NCBI GenBank assembly: GCA_002269645.1
Contig: NIVC01000137.1
Coordinates: 124,001-188,000, forward strand
Direction: 5' to 3'
DNA from: Macrostomum lignano
Lineage: Eukaryota
Length of the DNA: 64,000 nt
Shown here: positions 32,767-44,545 of the stretch, one piece after another
Layout: each line of letters opens with the position of its first letter
How positions within the stretch are numbered: the stretch's first letter is position 1
The notes under the pieces: generated by a model
What the model was told of the DNA's origin: nothing
Databases searched by the model: none
What the model saw: only the letters and a program-made list of their open reading frames with translations
Made by a program: the position numbers and the translations under genes

Positions 32767-35700
32767 CTATGCATTAGCTGCATTAGCTTCATTTTGCCTG
32801 CTGAAAAGGACCTCTTCTTTGGTAATGATGGCTTTGTGATCAGCCACCCCGCAACATTCGGTGCTGCCAGAGCACCAGCAGCAGAAGCAGCAGTGTGAGC
32901 AGTAAGCCGCATCTCTGCTCGGGTAGCAGCAGCGGATCAATCTTGGCAGCAGCATTTTGATGAGAAACAAGAGGGTGCCGACAACGGACGCGATGGGTAA
33001 TGAACCTGCGTTGTTGAATGTGTTACTCAGCTTTTGTCTGAGCCAAAGTTCAAAATAAATCAATCCTAAGATAATCAGAAAGTCAGTTATACTTTCAATC
33101 GAACTCCAGCTCATCCGTTTGCGAGTAATCTCAAGCGGCCTGTGACGACAGCATCCCGAGCACAGGACTTCGCAGATGTGCAGTCCGATCAAGATGAGTA
33201 AGCAGATCCCAAGAATGCTGGCATAAATTATTGTGATGAGGTGCTCCCATGGACAGTTGCAGTCTTCATCAAAAATATGAAAACACAGCGGAGGCTTCAG
33301 AAGGTTCTGAGCGGTGCATTTATCATGTTTAAACAGCGGCGCCGCCACAGCTAAAATTTTTAATATCCGAAAATTCGTCACGATAAACGACAGCACACGA
33401 AACGCGACCCAAAAGCAATTCCAACAAGCAGATATTGTACCCGAAATCTGCTTGTTCGCGTCACTGAAATCGCTGGGTTCGTCGTTAAACGCAAGCAACT
33501 CAACCTGGTCGAAGGTTACGATTGCTTCGAGTTTAGGTTCCTCACCTGGCTTAGGTTCCTCACCTGGCTTAGGTTCCTCACCTGGCTTAGGTTCCTCACC
33601 TGGCTTAGGTTCCTCACCTGGCTTAGGTTCCTCACCTGGCTTAGGTTCCTCACCTGGCTTAGGTTCCTCACCTGGCTTAGGTTCCTCACCTGGCTTAGGT
33701 ACCTCACCTGGCTTAGGTTCCTCACCTGGCTTAGGTTCCTCACCTGGCTTAGGTTCCTCACCTGGCTTAGGTTCCTCACCTGGCTTAGGTTCCTCACCTG
33801 GCTTAGGTACCTCACCTGGCTTAGGTTCCTCACCTGGCTTAGGTTCCTCACCTGGCTTAGGTTCCTCACCTGGCTTAGGTTCCTCACCTGGCTTAGGTTC
33901 CTCACCTGGCTTAGGTTCCTCACCTGGCTTAGGTTCCTCACCTGGCTTAGGTTCCTCACCTGGCTTAGGTTCCTCACCTGGCTTAGGTTCCTCACCTGGC
34001 TTAGGTTCCTCACCTGGCTTAGGTTCCTCACCTGGCTTAGGTTCCTCACCTGGCTTAGGTTCCTCACCTGGCTTAGGTTCCTCACCTGGCTTAGGTACCT
34101 CACCTGGCTTAGGTTCCTCACCTTTATAACGGTAGGTTATGCCTTTGTAAACGCAATCATCTGTACTCGGATTAACAACCTCCGTGATAATCATATGGTA
34201 TGGAGTACCTTGCTTCGGGCTTACTTCGACGTGTTCACCGACTCTAAATTTACGACCGTTGGATGTCGCTGGTTGACGGCACTTCGAGTCACAGCAAAAA
34301 AAACGGCAGCAACGGCAGCAACTGCAGCAACGGTCGCCAGCCCCTGGCAGCAGCTCAATGTCATCTAGCGTGCGAACTGTTGACTTTTGCAGCCAGTTGC
34401 AGAAGGTCTTGCTATCGATTTTACTCTGAACTGTGCCACGACGGTTCAACCAGATTGACTTGCCGATCAATTCTTTTGTCTTTTTTTCGAAGAATTCTTT
34501 TGCAGTCTCTTGAGAAACGGCCGAGAGGCCGAAGCTCTTGATTTCTTGATCTATTGTTCCTGGTTTTACTTCGACTTTCTGAACCGTAAAGAAGTATTTA
34601 TAACGTTTACAACAACACGGAGTGTTATTACAACAGCACGAAGTGTCTTCTCTGCAAATTTTACAACAGCACGAAGTGTCTTCTCTGCAACTTTTACAAC
34701 AGCACGAAGTGTCTTCTCTGCAACTTTTACAACAGCACGAAGTGTCTTCTCTGCAACTTTTACAACAACACGAAGTGCTACTACTGCAACATGAAGTGTC
34801 TTTACACAAGCTGTCTACAGTAAGTACCATATGCGATTTATCCTGGTCTTTGAGCTCATTGGCCTTGGACAAAAAAGTTAACAGTTTTGCATCAATAAGT
34901 GCATATCTTTTTCTTTCACTTGCGTTTTCACTTGCGTTTTTATTTGCGTTTTCACTTGCGTTTTCACTTGCGCTTTTACTTGCGTTTTCACTTGCGCTTT
35001 TACTTGCGTTTTTACTTGCGTTTTTACTTGCGTTTTCACTAGCGTTTTTATTTGCGTTTTCACTTGCGTTTTCACTTGCGCTTTTACTTGCGTTTTCACT
35101 TGCGTTTTTACTTGCGTTTTCACTTGCGTTTTTACTTGCGTTTTCACTTGCGCTTTTACTTGCGTTTTTACTTGCGTTTTTACTTGCGTTTTCACTAGCG
35201 TTTTTATTTGCGTTTTCACTTGCGTTTTCACTTGCGTTTTCACTTGCGTTAAAAACGCTTTTCAGTTGGTTCATTGACTTGACTGGAATTTCAAAATACT
35301 TCTGGTTGTCGCAGTGCTTGGTGCAGCACCAGCGAACGAAGTCCTGGTCGTTGTTCCATTTGGAATCGTACTTGCGTTCGCCAATGCGAGAGATCGCACG
35401 TTGCAGCACCTGCTTTGGTTTCACTTTGACTCCATTACTGCATTTGTATTCCAGCTTGTACAAGCGCTGTCGCCTGGTGTCCAGCCAGAGTGTCTTCCGT
35501 GCGACAACTTTTGGTCGACAGCCGAAGATTGTCAGCAAAAGCCTTATAAGCCATACAAAAATTTTATAGTCGCACAACTGTCGAATCGCTGCCGTATCGG
35601 ACGTATAAGTTATGACTTCGATTTTGTGGCAGGAGCGGCTGTTTTTATTAGTTTGTTCTAGGTCGGAAGGGCAAATATTTTTAGCAACTATTGCGTAATC

Positions 35701-35898
35701 AGTATTCCAACGGCTAGTGCGGGCAATTGCAGCGCCTTCCTGCAGAATTGCGTCTTCTTGATTGTTTTGTCCTTCTGGTTGGTCAGAGCTTTTGACTGCG
35801 GTGCCTTCCTGCAGAATTGCGTCTTCTTGATTGTTTTGTCCTTCTGGTTGGTCAGAGCTTTTGACTGCGGTGCCTTCCTGCTGGTCGACTTGGACCAT
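32767..35898 (-). CDS. Large membrane protein, copy B (paralog of 22292-25012): LRAT/NC-like pseudo-domains, expanded NASx, CCKSCREDTS and GEEPKP repeats, TM helices
   Basis: Open 1043-aa frame, collinear with copy A outside the repeats. The ATG is preceded by a CAG acceptor at 35906-35908. Confidence 0.78.
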   Translation of the reverse strand: MVQVDQQEGTAVKSSDQPEGQNNQEDAILQEGTAVKSSDQPEGQNNQEDAILQEGAAIARTSRWNTDYAIVAKNICPSDLEQTNKNSRSCHKIEVITYTSDTAAIRQLCDYKIFVWLIRLLLTIFGCRPKVVARKTLWLDTRRQRLYKLEYKCSNGVKVKPKQVLQRAISRIGERKYDSKWNNDQDFVRWCCTKHCDNQKYFEIPVKSMNQLKSVFNASENASENASENANKNASENASKNASKNASKSASENASKNASENASKNASENASKSASENASENANKNASENASKNASKNASKSASENASKSASENASENANKNASENASERKRYALIDAKLLTFLSKANELKDQDKSHMVLTVDSLCKDTSCCSSSTSCCCKSCREDTSCCCKSCREDTSCCCKSCREDTSCCCKICREDTSCCCNNTPCCCKRYKYFFTVQKVEVKPGTIDQEIKSFGLSAVSQETAKEFFEKKTKELIGKSIWLNRRGTVQSKIDSKTFCNWLQKSTVRTLDDIELLPGAGDRCCSCCRCCRFFCCDSKCRQPATSNGRKFRVGEHVEVSPKQGTPYHMIITEVVNPSTDDCVYKGITYRYKGEEPKPGEVPKPGEEPKPGEEPKPGEEPKPGEEPKPGEEPKPGEEPKPGEEPKPGEEPKPGEEPKPGEEPKPGEEPKPGEEPKPGEEPKPGEEPKPGEEPKPGEVPKPGEEPKPGEEPKPGEEPKPGEEPKPGEEPKPGEVPKPGEEPKPGEEPKPGEEPKPGEEPKPGEEPKPGEEPKPGEEPKPGEEPKPGEEPKLEAIVTFDQVELLAFNDEPSDFSDANKQISGTISACWNCFWVAFRVLSFIVTNFRILKILAVAAPLFKHDKCTAQNLLKPPLCFHIFDEDCNCPWEHLITIIYASILGICLLILIGLHICEVLCSGCCRHRPLEITRKRMSWSSIESITDFLIILGLIYFELWLRQKLSNTFNNAGSLPIASVVGTLLFLIKMLLPRLIRCCYPSRDAAYCSHCCFCCWCSGSTECCGVADHKAIITKEEVLFSRQNEANAANA
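33534..34122 (-). repeat. Coding 18-bp repeat (GEEPKP, about 33 units)
   Basis: The plus-strand unit GGTTCCTCACCTGGCTTA is near-perfect, with occasional GGTACC (E>V) variants. Confidence 0.95.
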
Positions 35899-36789
35899 TG
35901 AAAACTGCAGAGAGTTTAAGGCGATTCAATTAGTTAATTTAAAGTTTATCTTCAAGAAAATGATAAATAAATCAGTTTCAGCTGCCTATCGCGCCTCAAA
36001 GCAATAGTGGCAAGTTCAACAAAATTTCAGTTGTGATATACCCTGTAGGGCAGGTTGTTAAAACAAATTTGCTTTTACGCTACTACTTACTAGTAGTCCA
36101 GGCTTGTGAGAATGTTAGTAGCTGGAATGAGAAGGGATTTTAGTATATAGGATTTGTGGGTTTCTGAGGTTGGGATTATATTTAGACAGGCTTTATTGAA
36201 ACTTTCTTTAACGTTTTGTTGTTAAAACGAGGTGCCGTAGAAATCGGCGCGAGTCAGTTTCGAAGAACTCTGCCGCTGTATTAGCTTAGCTATTGCTTTA
36301 TTTGATCGAAGGAATTTAAAATATTTACAGATCTCGATTTGAATATTTATCGAAATATTGAAATAAAAATATAAATGAATAAAACTATTTTTCAATATTT
36401 TGCAGTATTTTGCACGCATTTGGGGATGAAAAAAGAGGGGAGGGGAATCCCGCACAAAGAATGGATCTGATAAAAAGAGGTAATCTAAGAAAAACGTGGT
36501 AGAATATTTGAAGGCCTGTCAAATGTAAAAAAGCGGCTGTTGAGTAAACATAGAAAATGAAATGCGGCAGCGCATATTTGGATATACATGTATAAGTGCT
36601 ATAAGTAGCTAGAGGTGTAAAAAGAGCAATTAGGAATATTTGTAAAGCAGTTGGGTAAAAAAACACAATTTGAGCAATGTAAAAAAGAACACATGGAGAG
36701 ATCAGAGGTCACCTATTAGTCCTATGTCTGATCAACCGATCTCTGTCTGAGGCAGCGAGCTTAGTTTTATTTAATAGTATAGAGACGAA

Positions 36790-39700
36790 TGACGGCCGGA
36801 TGATGCTGTGCTGAAGTTGAAACAGTCTGATAGCGACCGGAAGCCGTGCAGCAGGTGCTTGTCATCTCGACACCTACCTAGCTAATGTCCGTTTGTAAAC
36901 AGGCGCTGCTTCAACTGCAACAAGACTGGGCACGCATCCAAGGCATGCAAGCAACCGCGTCAGCAGCAGCAGCAGCAGCATCAGCAAGCTCACCAGGTCG
37001 AGGAAGGAAGCGATCAGGAGACGCTTGGAACCACCTACTTCCTCTATCACATCGTCAATGCGAAGAAGCCAAGTAAAGTCCCGCCCTACACAACTCATCT
37101 GCTGATCGACGGGAAGGACTGCGAGATGGAAATTCAGGTATTCAGGTATTCAACACGTATTCAGGCCAGGCCGTCGAGATCCTTGGCAGACTGATCGTCC
37201 ATGTCAAAGTAGCGGCACAGGATAGTCACTTACAGCTGCCACTGCTAGTTGTGGCGGGCAGCGGACCGAATCTCTTCGGCAGGGACTGGCTGCACAGCCT
37301 TCGCCTGGACTGGCGGTCAGTTTAACGACTGTCGTCAACGGCTTCCGATATCGAAAAAGTGCAGCGCGAGTTCCCCCGAGGTGTTCAAGGAACTGGGGAC
37401 ATTCAGCGGCGCCCCTCTATCTATTCCCATCAAGGAAGAAGCGCGTCCTCGGTTTTTCAAAGCCCGCTCCGAGCCCTTCGCACTGAAACTGAAAGAGAAG
37501 GTGGAGCAACAGCTACGCAAGGAGATCAGCCAGGGGATTCTGCAACCGGTAAAGTCGTCCGACTGGGCATCGCCGATCGTCCCTGTGATGAAGTCTGACG
37601 GCGGGCTCCGGGTGTGCGCCGACGTCAAGCAGACCCTGAACGCCGCCGTAGAACCGGACGGCTACCCGCTGCCCAACATTGACAAACTCTTCTCACGACT
37701 GTCACGCGGGACGAAGTTCTCGAAGATTTATCTCAGCCAGGAGTTTCAGCAGCTTCCGTTGGACGAGGCCGCTCAAAAGTTGTGCACTATCAACACCTCA
37801 CTGGGGCTGCTGCGCTACAAACGACTGCCGTTTGGGGTTTCAACGGCTCCCAGCATATTCCAGCGCGTCATGGACGGTCTACTCGTCGGCATTGAGCACT
37901 GCGCAGCCTTCATGGACGACGTTATCATTACTGGTCAAGACGAAGCGAGTCATTTGAGGAACCTGCGGAAAGTCCTGACTGTGTTAAGGACGCGGGACTC
38001 ACTTGCAGCGCGAAGAAGTGCAGCTTTATGCAGGACTCAGTGGTCTACCTTGGCCATCTAATCGACGCTGAAGGCCTGCATCCTCTGCAAGATAAGGTGG
38101 AAGCGATCATCGCGGCGCCACGGCCGCAGAACTGCACTCAGCTGCGCAGCTTATTATGGCAAAGTCAATTATTATGGCAAATTCCTTCCGCGGCTGTCCG
38201 ACACTCTGGGGCCGCTGCACCAGTTGCTCAACAAGGACACTAAGTGGCGCTGGGACCAACCACAGGAAGGGGCGTTCGCCAGGTGTAAGCGCCTGCTGTC
38301 CGACCCTGGGGTCCTAGTGCACTACGACGCATCTCGCGAGGTCTTCTTGGAATGTGACGCCTCCGAGTACGGCCTGAGTGCTGTCATCTTCCACCGCATC
38401 GACGACTCAGACAGACCTGTTGCCTACGCTTCCAGAACGCTGAGCTGGAGAAGGAGGCCCTGGCCCTGGTATTTGGGGTGAAGAAATTTCACCACTATAC
38501 TTGCTCGGCAGAGAGTTCGGGCTTCTCACCGACCACAGGCCTCTCGGCCTCTCCTAGGGCTGCTCGGCCAGGCAAGCCGATCCCAGCTCTGGCGTCCGGA
38601 CGAGTGCAACGCTGGGCGCTCCTGCTGTCGGCCTACCGCTACCACCTGGTTCACCGTAAGGGCTCCTTCCTCCCTGTTGAGAGCCGACGCTTTGAGCCGC
38701 CTGCCGTTGCCCGAGTGCCCTGCTGCCGTGCCCGTCACTCCGGAGGTGGCTCTGGTGATGGACAGCCTGGACTCCTCTCCCGTCTCCTCCGCTGATGTGC
38801 GGGACTCGACGGGACCCGCAGCTGTCGCAGGTCGTCCACTTCTGCCTGTCCGGACGCTGGCCGGAGCCGGTCCCGCCTGAGTTGATGCCATTCAGCGTCA
38901 GGGCTCATGAACTGTCAGTGCACGACGGCTGTCTCCTTTGGGTAGCCGCGTGGTGATCCCTCCTACCGACCGGCGCCAGCTGCTGCAATGTCTCCATCAA
39001 GGCCACACAGGCGCTACTCGTATGAAGGCACTCGCCAGGAGCAGCATCTGGTGGCCCAACATGGACAAGGAGATCTAGGGGTCGGCCGCCGGCTGCATGG
39101 AGTGCCAGAAGCTACGCCCGGATCCGCCTGCTGCGCCACTTCTGCCGTGGCCAGCCCCAGCCGCGCCTTGGCTATGGGTTCATGTGGATTTCGTCGGCCC
39201 CGTAAACAACCGCATGCTGTTTGTCATCGTGGACGCGTTTTCAAAGTGGCTGGACGTGCACATCACGAATTCAACGACCTCGGCCACAGCCATCGACAAG
39301 TTGAGGCAATCGTTTACCACTCACGGGCTTCCGGAAACGCTCGTCTCGGACAACGGGCCCTGCTTTGTCAGCAGCTTCGCCGACTTCTGCAGTCGCAATG
39401 GCATTCGGCCCATCCGGACGCCACGGCTACCGGACATTTGCCCTCCGGCATTTGCCCTCCGGACATTTGCCCTCCGGCATTTCCCCTCCGGACATTTGCC
39501 CTCGAGGACATTTGCCCTCGGGGACATTTGCCCTCCGGACATTTGCCCTCCGGACATTTGCCCTCGGGGACATTTGCCCTCGGGGACATTTGCCCTCCGG
39601 ACATTTGCCCTCCGGACATTTGCCCTCGGGGACATTTGCCCTCGGGGACATTTCCCCTCCGGACATTTGCCCTCCGGACATTTCCCCTCTGGAAAAGTAC

Positions 39701-40960
39701 AGGTAAGGCTGGGGATAGGGTAGGGCGCGGGTATATATTGCTTACTAGAAAAGGATGAGTTGTTGGCTGGAGAAGAACCTGATGGATGCAAGAGGCGGGA
39801 GGATGAGGTTGGTGCTGGAGGAACGACGGGTGGGTACAGGAGGAGGTGAGGTGAGTAATGCGCGAGGGGGTAAATTTGCAGACGGCAAATGTGCGGAGGG
39901 GAAATGTCCGGAGGGCAAATGTCCGGAGGGCAAATGTCCCCGAGGGCAAATGTCCCCGAGGGGAAATGTCCGGAGGGCAAATGTCCGGAGGGGAAATGTC
40001 CCGGAGGGCAAATGCCCGGAGGGCAAACGCCGCCGAGGGGAAGTGCCGGAGGGCAAGTGCCGGAGGGGAAGTGCCGGAGGGCAAATGTCCGGAAGTGGGA
40101 CGCCACCGTATCACCCGGCTTCCAACGGTGTGGTCGAACAAGCTGTGCAGAGCTTGAAACATTCGCTGAAGCGTCAAGCTCAAGGCTCGCTGGAGGCCCA
40201 GGTGTCCCGCTTCCTGCTGTCCTATCGAGTGACACCGCACACGACGACCGGGATGCCGCCCTGCTAGTTGCTGATGCGTCGGGACCTGCGGACCCTTCTC
40301 GAGCAGCCGAGACCGAATGTGACTAAGAGAGTGCACGGCGCGCAAAAGCGACAGAAACAGCACCACGACCTCCGGGCTCGCAAACGAGACTTCGCAGAGG
40401 GGAAAAGGTCTTCTGCCGTGACTTCCGCCCGGGTTCGAACTCACGCTGGGAGCCGGCGGTCGTCAGCGGAGAGAGCCCGGCCGCCGCTGGTTCACTTGCG
40501 CTCTTCCTGGCGGCCAGCTCGTCCGTCGTCACGTCGATCACATGCGTGGCCTCGAAAATTCTGGCGTTTCTCAAAACACAGACCGAGAACAGACCACTCA
40601 GCACCGCAACAGCAACTTTCGGAACAGCAACCCGCGCCCGATGAGTTGAGCAACGAAGGCGCAGCGAGCCCGCTGGCTGCAGCGGTTGGAGTTCAGCAGT
40701 CCGCCAGCCAAACCGATGAGCCTCTACGGCGATCCATGAGAATCCGGAAGACACCCGACCGCCTGGGATATGATTGACTAATGTGGGGAGGAATGGGGCA
40801 AAGTGTTACTGGACTAGTCTGGGGCTGCTTGGGCGTTTAGGGTTGCGTGGGCACGTTGATTATTTCTTAAGTCTATGCACCTCATTGCTTGTCCTCGCGA
40901 GTAAGTGCATCGTGTACTAATTTACGTCGTACCTATTAAATATTTATACGCGTGCGCTAA
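36790..40960 (+). mobile_element. Degenerate Ty3/Gypsy LTR retrotransposon (gag zinc knuckle, protease remnant, RT, RNase H, integrase; PPT and probable partial 3' LTR)
   Basis: RRCFNCNKTGHASKAC at about 36900; WASPIVPVMKSDGGLRVCAD; YKRLPFGVSTAPSIFQR; FMDDVII; LECDASEYGL; HQGHTGATRMK; VHVDFVGP; LVSDNGPCF; YHPASNG. Multiple frameshifts and stops. Purine tract GGGGAGGAA at about 40786. No 5' LTR found. Confidence 0.93.
39425..40097. mobile_element. 673-bp foldback-type element inserted in the Gypsy integrase, 9-bp TSD
   Basis: GGACGCCAC lies at 39416-39424 and 40098-40106, and removing the insert restores IRTPPYHPASNG. The left arm is tandem GGACATTTGCCCTC(C/G) 15-mers and the right arm is their reverse complement. 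Confidence 0.9.
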
Positions 40961-41001
40961 CTAGCAGTCGCTCAAGTTTTTCTCGAGAAGTTTTAACTTA
41001 C

Positions 41002-42570
41002 TTATCCAGTGGATTCCGCGTGAGTTATTACACAAGCCAACCCCAGCTGCTTGACTCTGTCTGCGCGCATCAGCATACTTGCCAGCTTGTGCAGGTATTC
41101 AATGCTGATGTAGGGTGGCACACCATAGCAGATACGGAGAGCCAGGTTTTGAATTTTTTGCAATTTGATTTGGTTTGTCGCACAGATTTGGCTCAGGATA
41201 GGCGCTCCATAGGTGAGAGCGCTTTCTCCGTACGCCCTGTACAGCATTCTGAGGGTGGTGTTACTCAGCTTTGTCATCTTTGCAATTCTGCACAGCGACA
41301 TTACAATGGCTCTGCTGGTATCTGCCATGTTGTCCACATGTTTGTTCAGACAGAGGCTCTGGTCAAGGAGGACACCCCGGAATTTCACCTCCTGACTGTA
41401 CGGAACCTCAGTGTCTCCCAGATTTAGTTTGGGTCGCAAGTCCGTGCGCCTTGTGGGCTTGTAGTTAAAAGCGATAGCTTTGCTTTTCCCGGCATTCAGC
41501 CTGATGCCCTGTTTACCGCACCAGTCAAAGACTCGTCTGAGGTAGCTCAGAAGGGAAGTTTGGAGCCCCACAAAGGTGTCTGCTGAGGCCCAGACGACCA
41601 TTTCGTCTGCGAATTGACTGCAATTGTCGGCATTGAGCTGACGAAGAGGAGATACAGAAGAGGACTCAGGATGCCTCCCTAAGGAACGCCAGCCTGATGG
41701 TGTGAGGGCCCCTCGATTCAAACCTGGATCTGTCTGTCTCGCAGGTAGTCTGACAGGATTCGTATGAGCATAGGTGGAAAACATCATATCAGTGAGCATG
41801 CTATATGCCTAATCTTGTCGTGCCAGGTGGAGTCAAAAGCTGCCTCTGCATTCAGGAAGACTGCAGTGCACTTTTTAGCTTTGCACTTTGCTACCATGAC
41901 GTCCTGTGCAATACGGCACAGGTTGTCATACGTGGAGTGAATTTTGCGGTAGGCGCATTGGTCACCTCCTAGGGTCTTGTTGTCATCAAGGTGTTCGGTG
42001 AGTCTTGTTGCAATTAGCTTCGCAAACACTTTGCCCAGACATGAGGTCAGGCTGATTGGTCTGTAGGAGTTGGGATTTGCGGGCGGTTTGTCCGGCTTGG
42101 GGATCATCGTCACCACAGCTTTCTTCCAGGCGCTGGGGAAAATCCCTCCATCGTAGCAGGCGTTGAAGAAGTTCGTGAGTCTCGTGATTTCCACCCCTCT
42201 ACGAGTAAGCCCAGCTTGAGTACGCAGTTGGGAATCTTGTCTAGCCCGGGAGCTCCATCAGGCCTGAGGTGCTCCAGTTCCCACACTGTGTCTGCCACAG
42301 AGAATGCAGCGTCAAGCGGGTGGGTCTCGATGGGTTCAATTCCCTCCTGAACGGGATAGAACGAGGTGAGCTGTGCCACATCGTCCCCTCACGTTTGAGC
42401 TCGTCGCATGTGGAAGGGACTGGGCGAATCTTTGAGTCCAGAATGTAGGCTAGAAGGTTAGCCTTCTCCTGATCTGTGTGCGCAGTTGTTTGACCCCGGG
42501 TGAGGCTGGGGATGGAGGTTGGCTTGAATTTGCCCATCAGCTTTTTAGTGTCGTGCCTAGGATAGGTTTC
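41002..42570 (-). mobile_element. 5'-truncated, decayed non-LTR retrotransposon (LINE, Jockey-group-like) RT
   Basis: Fragments DQEKANLLA, APGLDKIPNCVLK, FPSAWKKAVVTMIPKPDKP...SYRPISLTSCLGKVF, VKFRGVLLDQSL and KLQKIQNLALR, with frameshifts and an internal deletion. Confidence 0.9.
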
Positions 42571-44545
42571 GCATAAGATTTATTAATATCAGTGGCAGAA
42601 TTTAACAATTTGAAAGATAGCCAATTACAAAAACGAGTAATCCATTAAGGACCGAATTAATTCAATCAGTAACCCCTAGATCAGCAAGCCACCATTCCTG
42701 AACAATGATTGTCATTAAAGGGGCCTCGTAAAAATCAGAAGCCAATGACCAAAAATACAGTTTAGAAGCATAAAAAGTCTCGATTCCACTGATCTTACTT
42801 CACAATACTCGCTTGACAACTTACTTGTTCGTACTTTGATGAACTACCACCTGCCATTGGTTAAAGAGAGTTAACTAAGAGTACAATGAAATCTATGATT
42901 GGGCTGGAAATAAACAAAACTCGGCAGTCAGACTTTAATCTTAGAAATTAAATGACAATTTCTGCAAAAGAACTGTAAGCTGTTTCTCTATTTTGAAGAG
43001 TCGATTCCAAGATACGAACGCTTCTAAAGGCTACTTCTGGCTTGGGGTTGAGAGATGGACAAGTTGTGTTGCATTTTATCATGCATACACGCTTGTAACC
43101 GCAATTTATTGGACTGCAAAGTCTTTCCACTATTTTCTTTCTAAATAAGCAACTCATTATAGACTGCTATTGTCAACTGGGTGCAACTCGAAGCCCCAAA
43201 AACGTGCATTTTTTGTCTTCGTGAAAAAGAGGTGAAAAACTTAATAGAATAAGTATCGTAGTGATGCATGAACTACTTGAGCTAGCGAGGGCTCAACAAC
43301 ACGAGGGCTCAAATAGTTCCTTGGACGAGAACGAGAGAAGAGTTTCATCCAAACTCAATGCGACATCGCGTCTTACTAATAACCTCACCGACTTAGCAAC
43401 GCATTAAAACAAATTCATTGCACAATTTGAGGGTAGGAAGGTCTGTGTTCGAATTATTTTTCACTGCTCAAAGACCCCTGCCGTGGCAACCACTCGAAAG
43501 AGGCGCTCAGTTTGCATCGCTAGCAGATCGAGTGAGGCTGGCCGGAAAGTATCTGAGACTGAGACGGCATACCTGAGAACTGCCTTTAATTCTTAGAAAC
43601 ATTTCGAGGGCTGGGTTAGTCTGCTCGAATAAAAGCATACACAGAGAAGCAAAAATTTTACACCTAAAAGCTGGTCGAAATTTTAAAGCTTTGCTCACTG
43701 AATACACTTGACTTGGCACCTTTGCCTTTGTATAGAAAGATGTCAATATTATATGCTGCCAGGGGGTGTCGCCATGGTTTTTTGGTGGGGGGACACAAAG
43801 CAATGAATTTTACTACGTACATGTACATGACTAAATTTCTTCATGTAAATTTTTTCTGAGAATCCTTGTACGGCGCCAAAGTTTGAAAGCAGCGATTCAG
43901 TAAAATCCTTACAATAGTTTTTACTCATCAGGACGAAAATAAACTTGTTATATGCACTCTAGCTACTCTAAGTAAGCTTTGCAAATATTGCTAAAAAACT
44001 TTTTAAAAAGTTGTTAAAACCGCAGTGAATTTGATAGGGCACAAGAGAACTGTACTTCTTATTCATCAAATGAGAACAGTTTTTGCATAAAAAACTATTT
44101 ACAGTTGAGTGGCAACTCGAAAAGATGCACACAATATAAGCAAGCGTTATTGTCGCAAACATTGAATTACTCCAAATTAAGAGCACAGGCAGGCCATACG
44201 TACCTCTCTTTTAGTCCTCTTTACCCAGTAGCTACTTGTCTCTATTTTAAGACTGCGCTGTACATCTCAGGTACTTAAACTGCGTTGTCAACTGGACCGC
44301 AGGTGGCGCGCTTAGCAACTGAGTGTTTAACTCGAGAATATTTGTGAGATTTAAACCTGCATTCCGGCCCTTAATAACAGTGTTCTAACATCGTTTGAAT
44401 TTATTGCAATTCAGATCAATTTTAATTGGCAATAGTAAATAAAGTCCGAGAGAGGTAAGTTAATTCAGCTACCTGCATGTGTTATTACATTGTTATACAT
44501 AACATAAGCCACATTTGAGCAAATAAACCGATATTTTAGCAGACA

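Noticed and set aside
22821-35661. Antisense and alternate-frame ORFs over the membrane-protein genes (LHILLM, CNMSKM, GSSPGL, RNLSQV, LAFS, KTQV repeats)
   Set aside because: They are shadows of stop-free coding repeats. Only the main minus frame stays open through the unique flanks in both paralogs.
39321-40444. Several ORFs with GKCPE/DICPP repeats
   Set aside because: They are translations of the foldback element's 15-mer arms.
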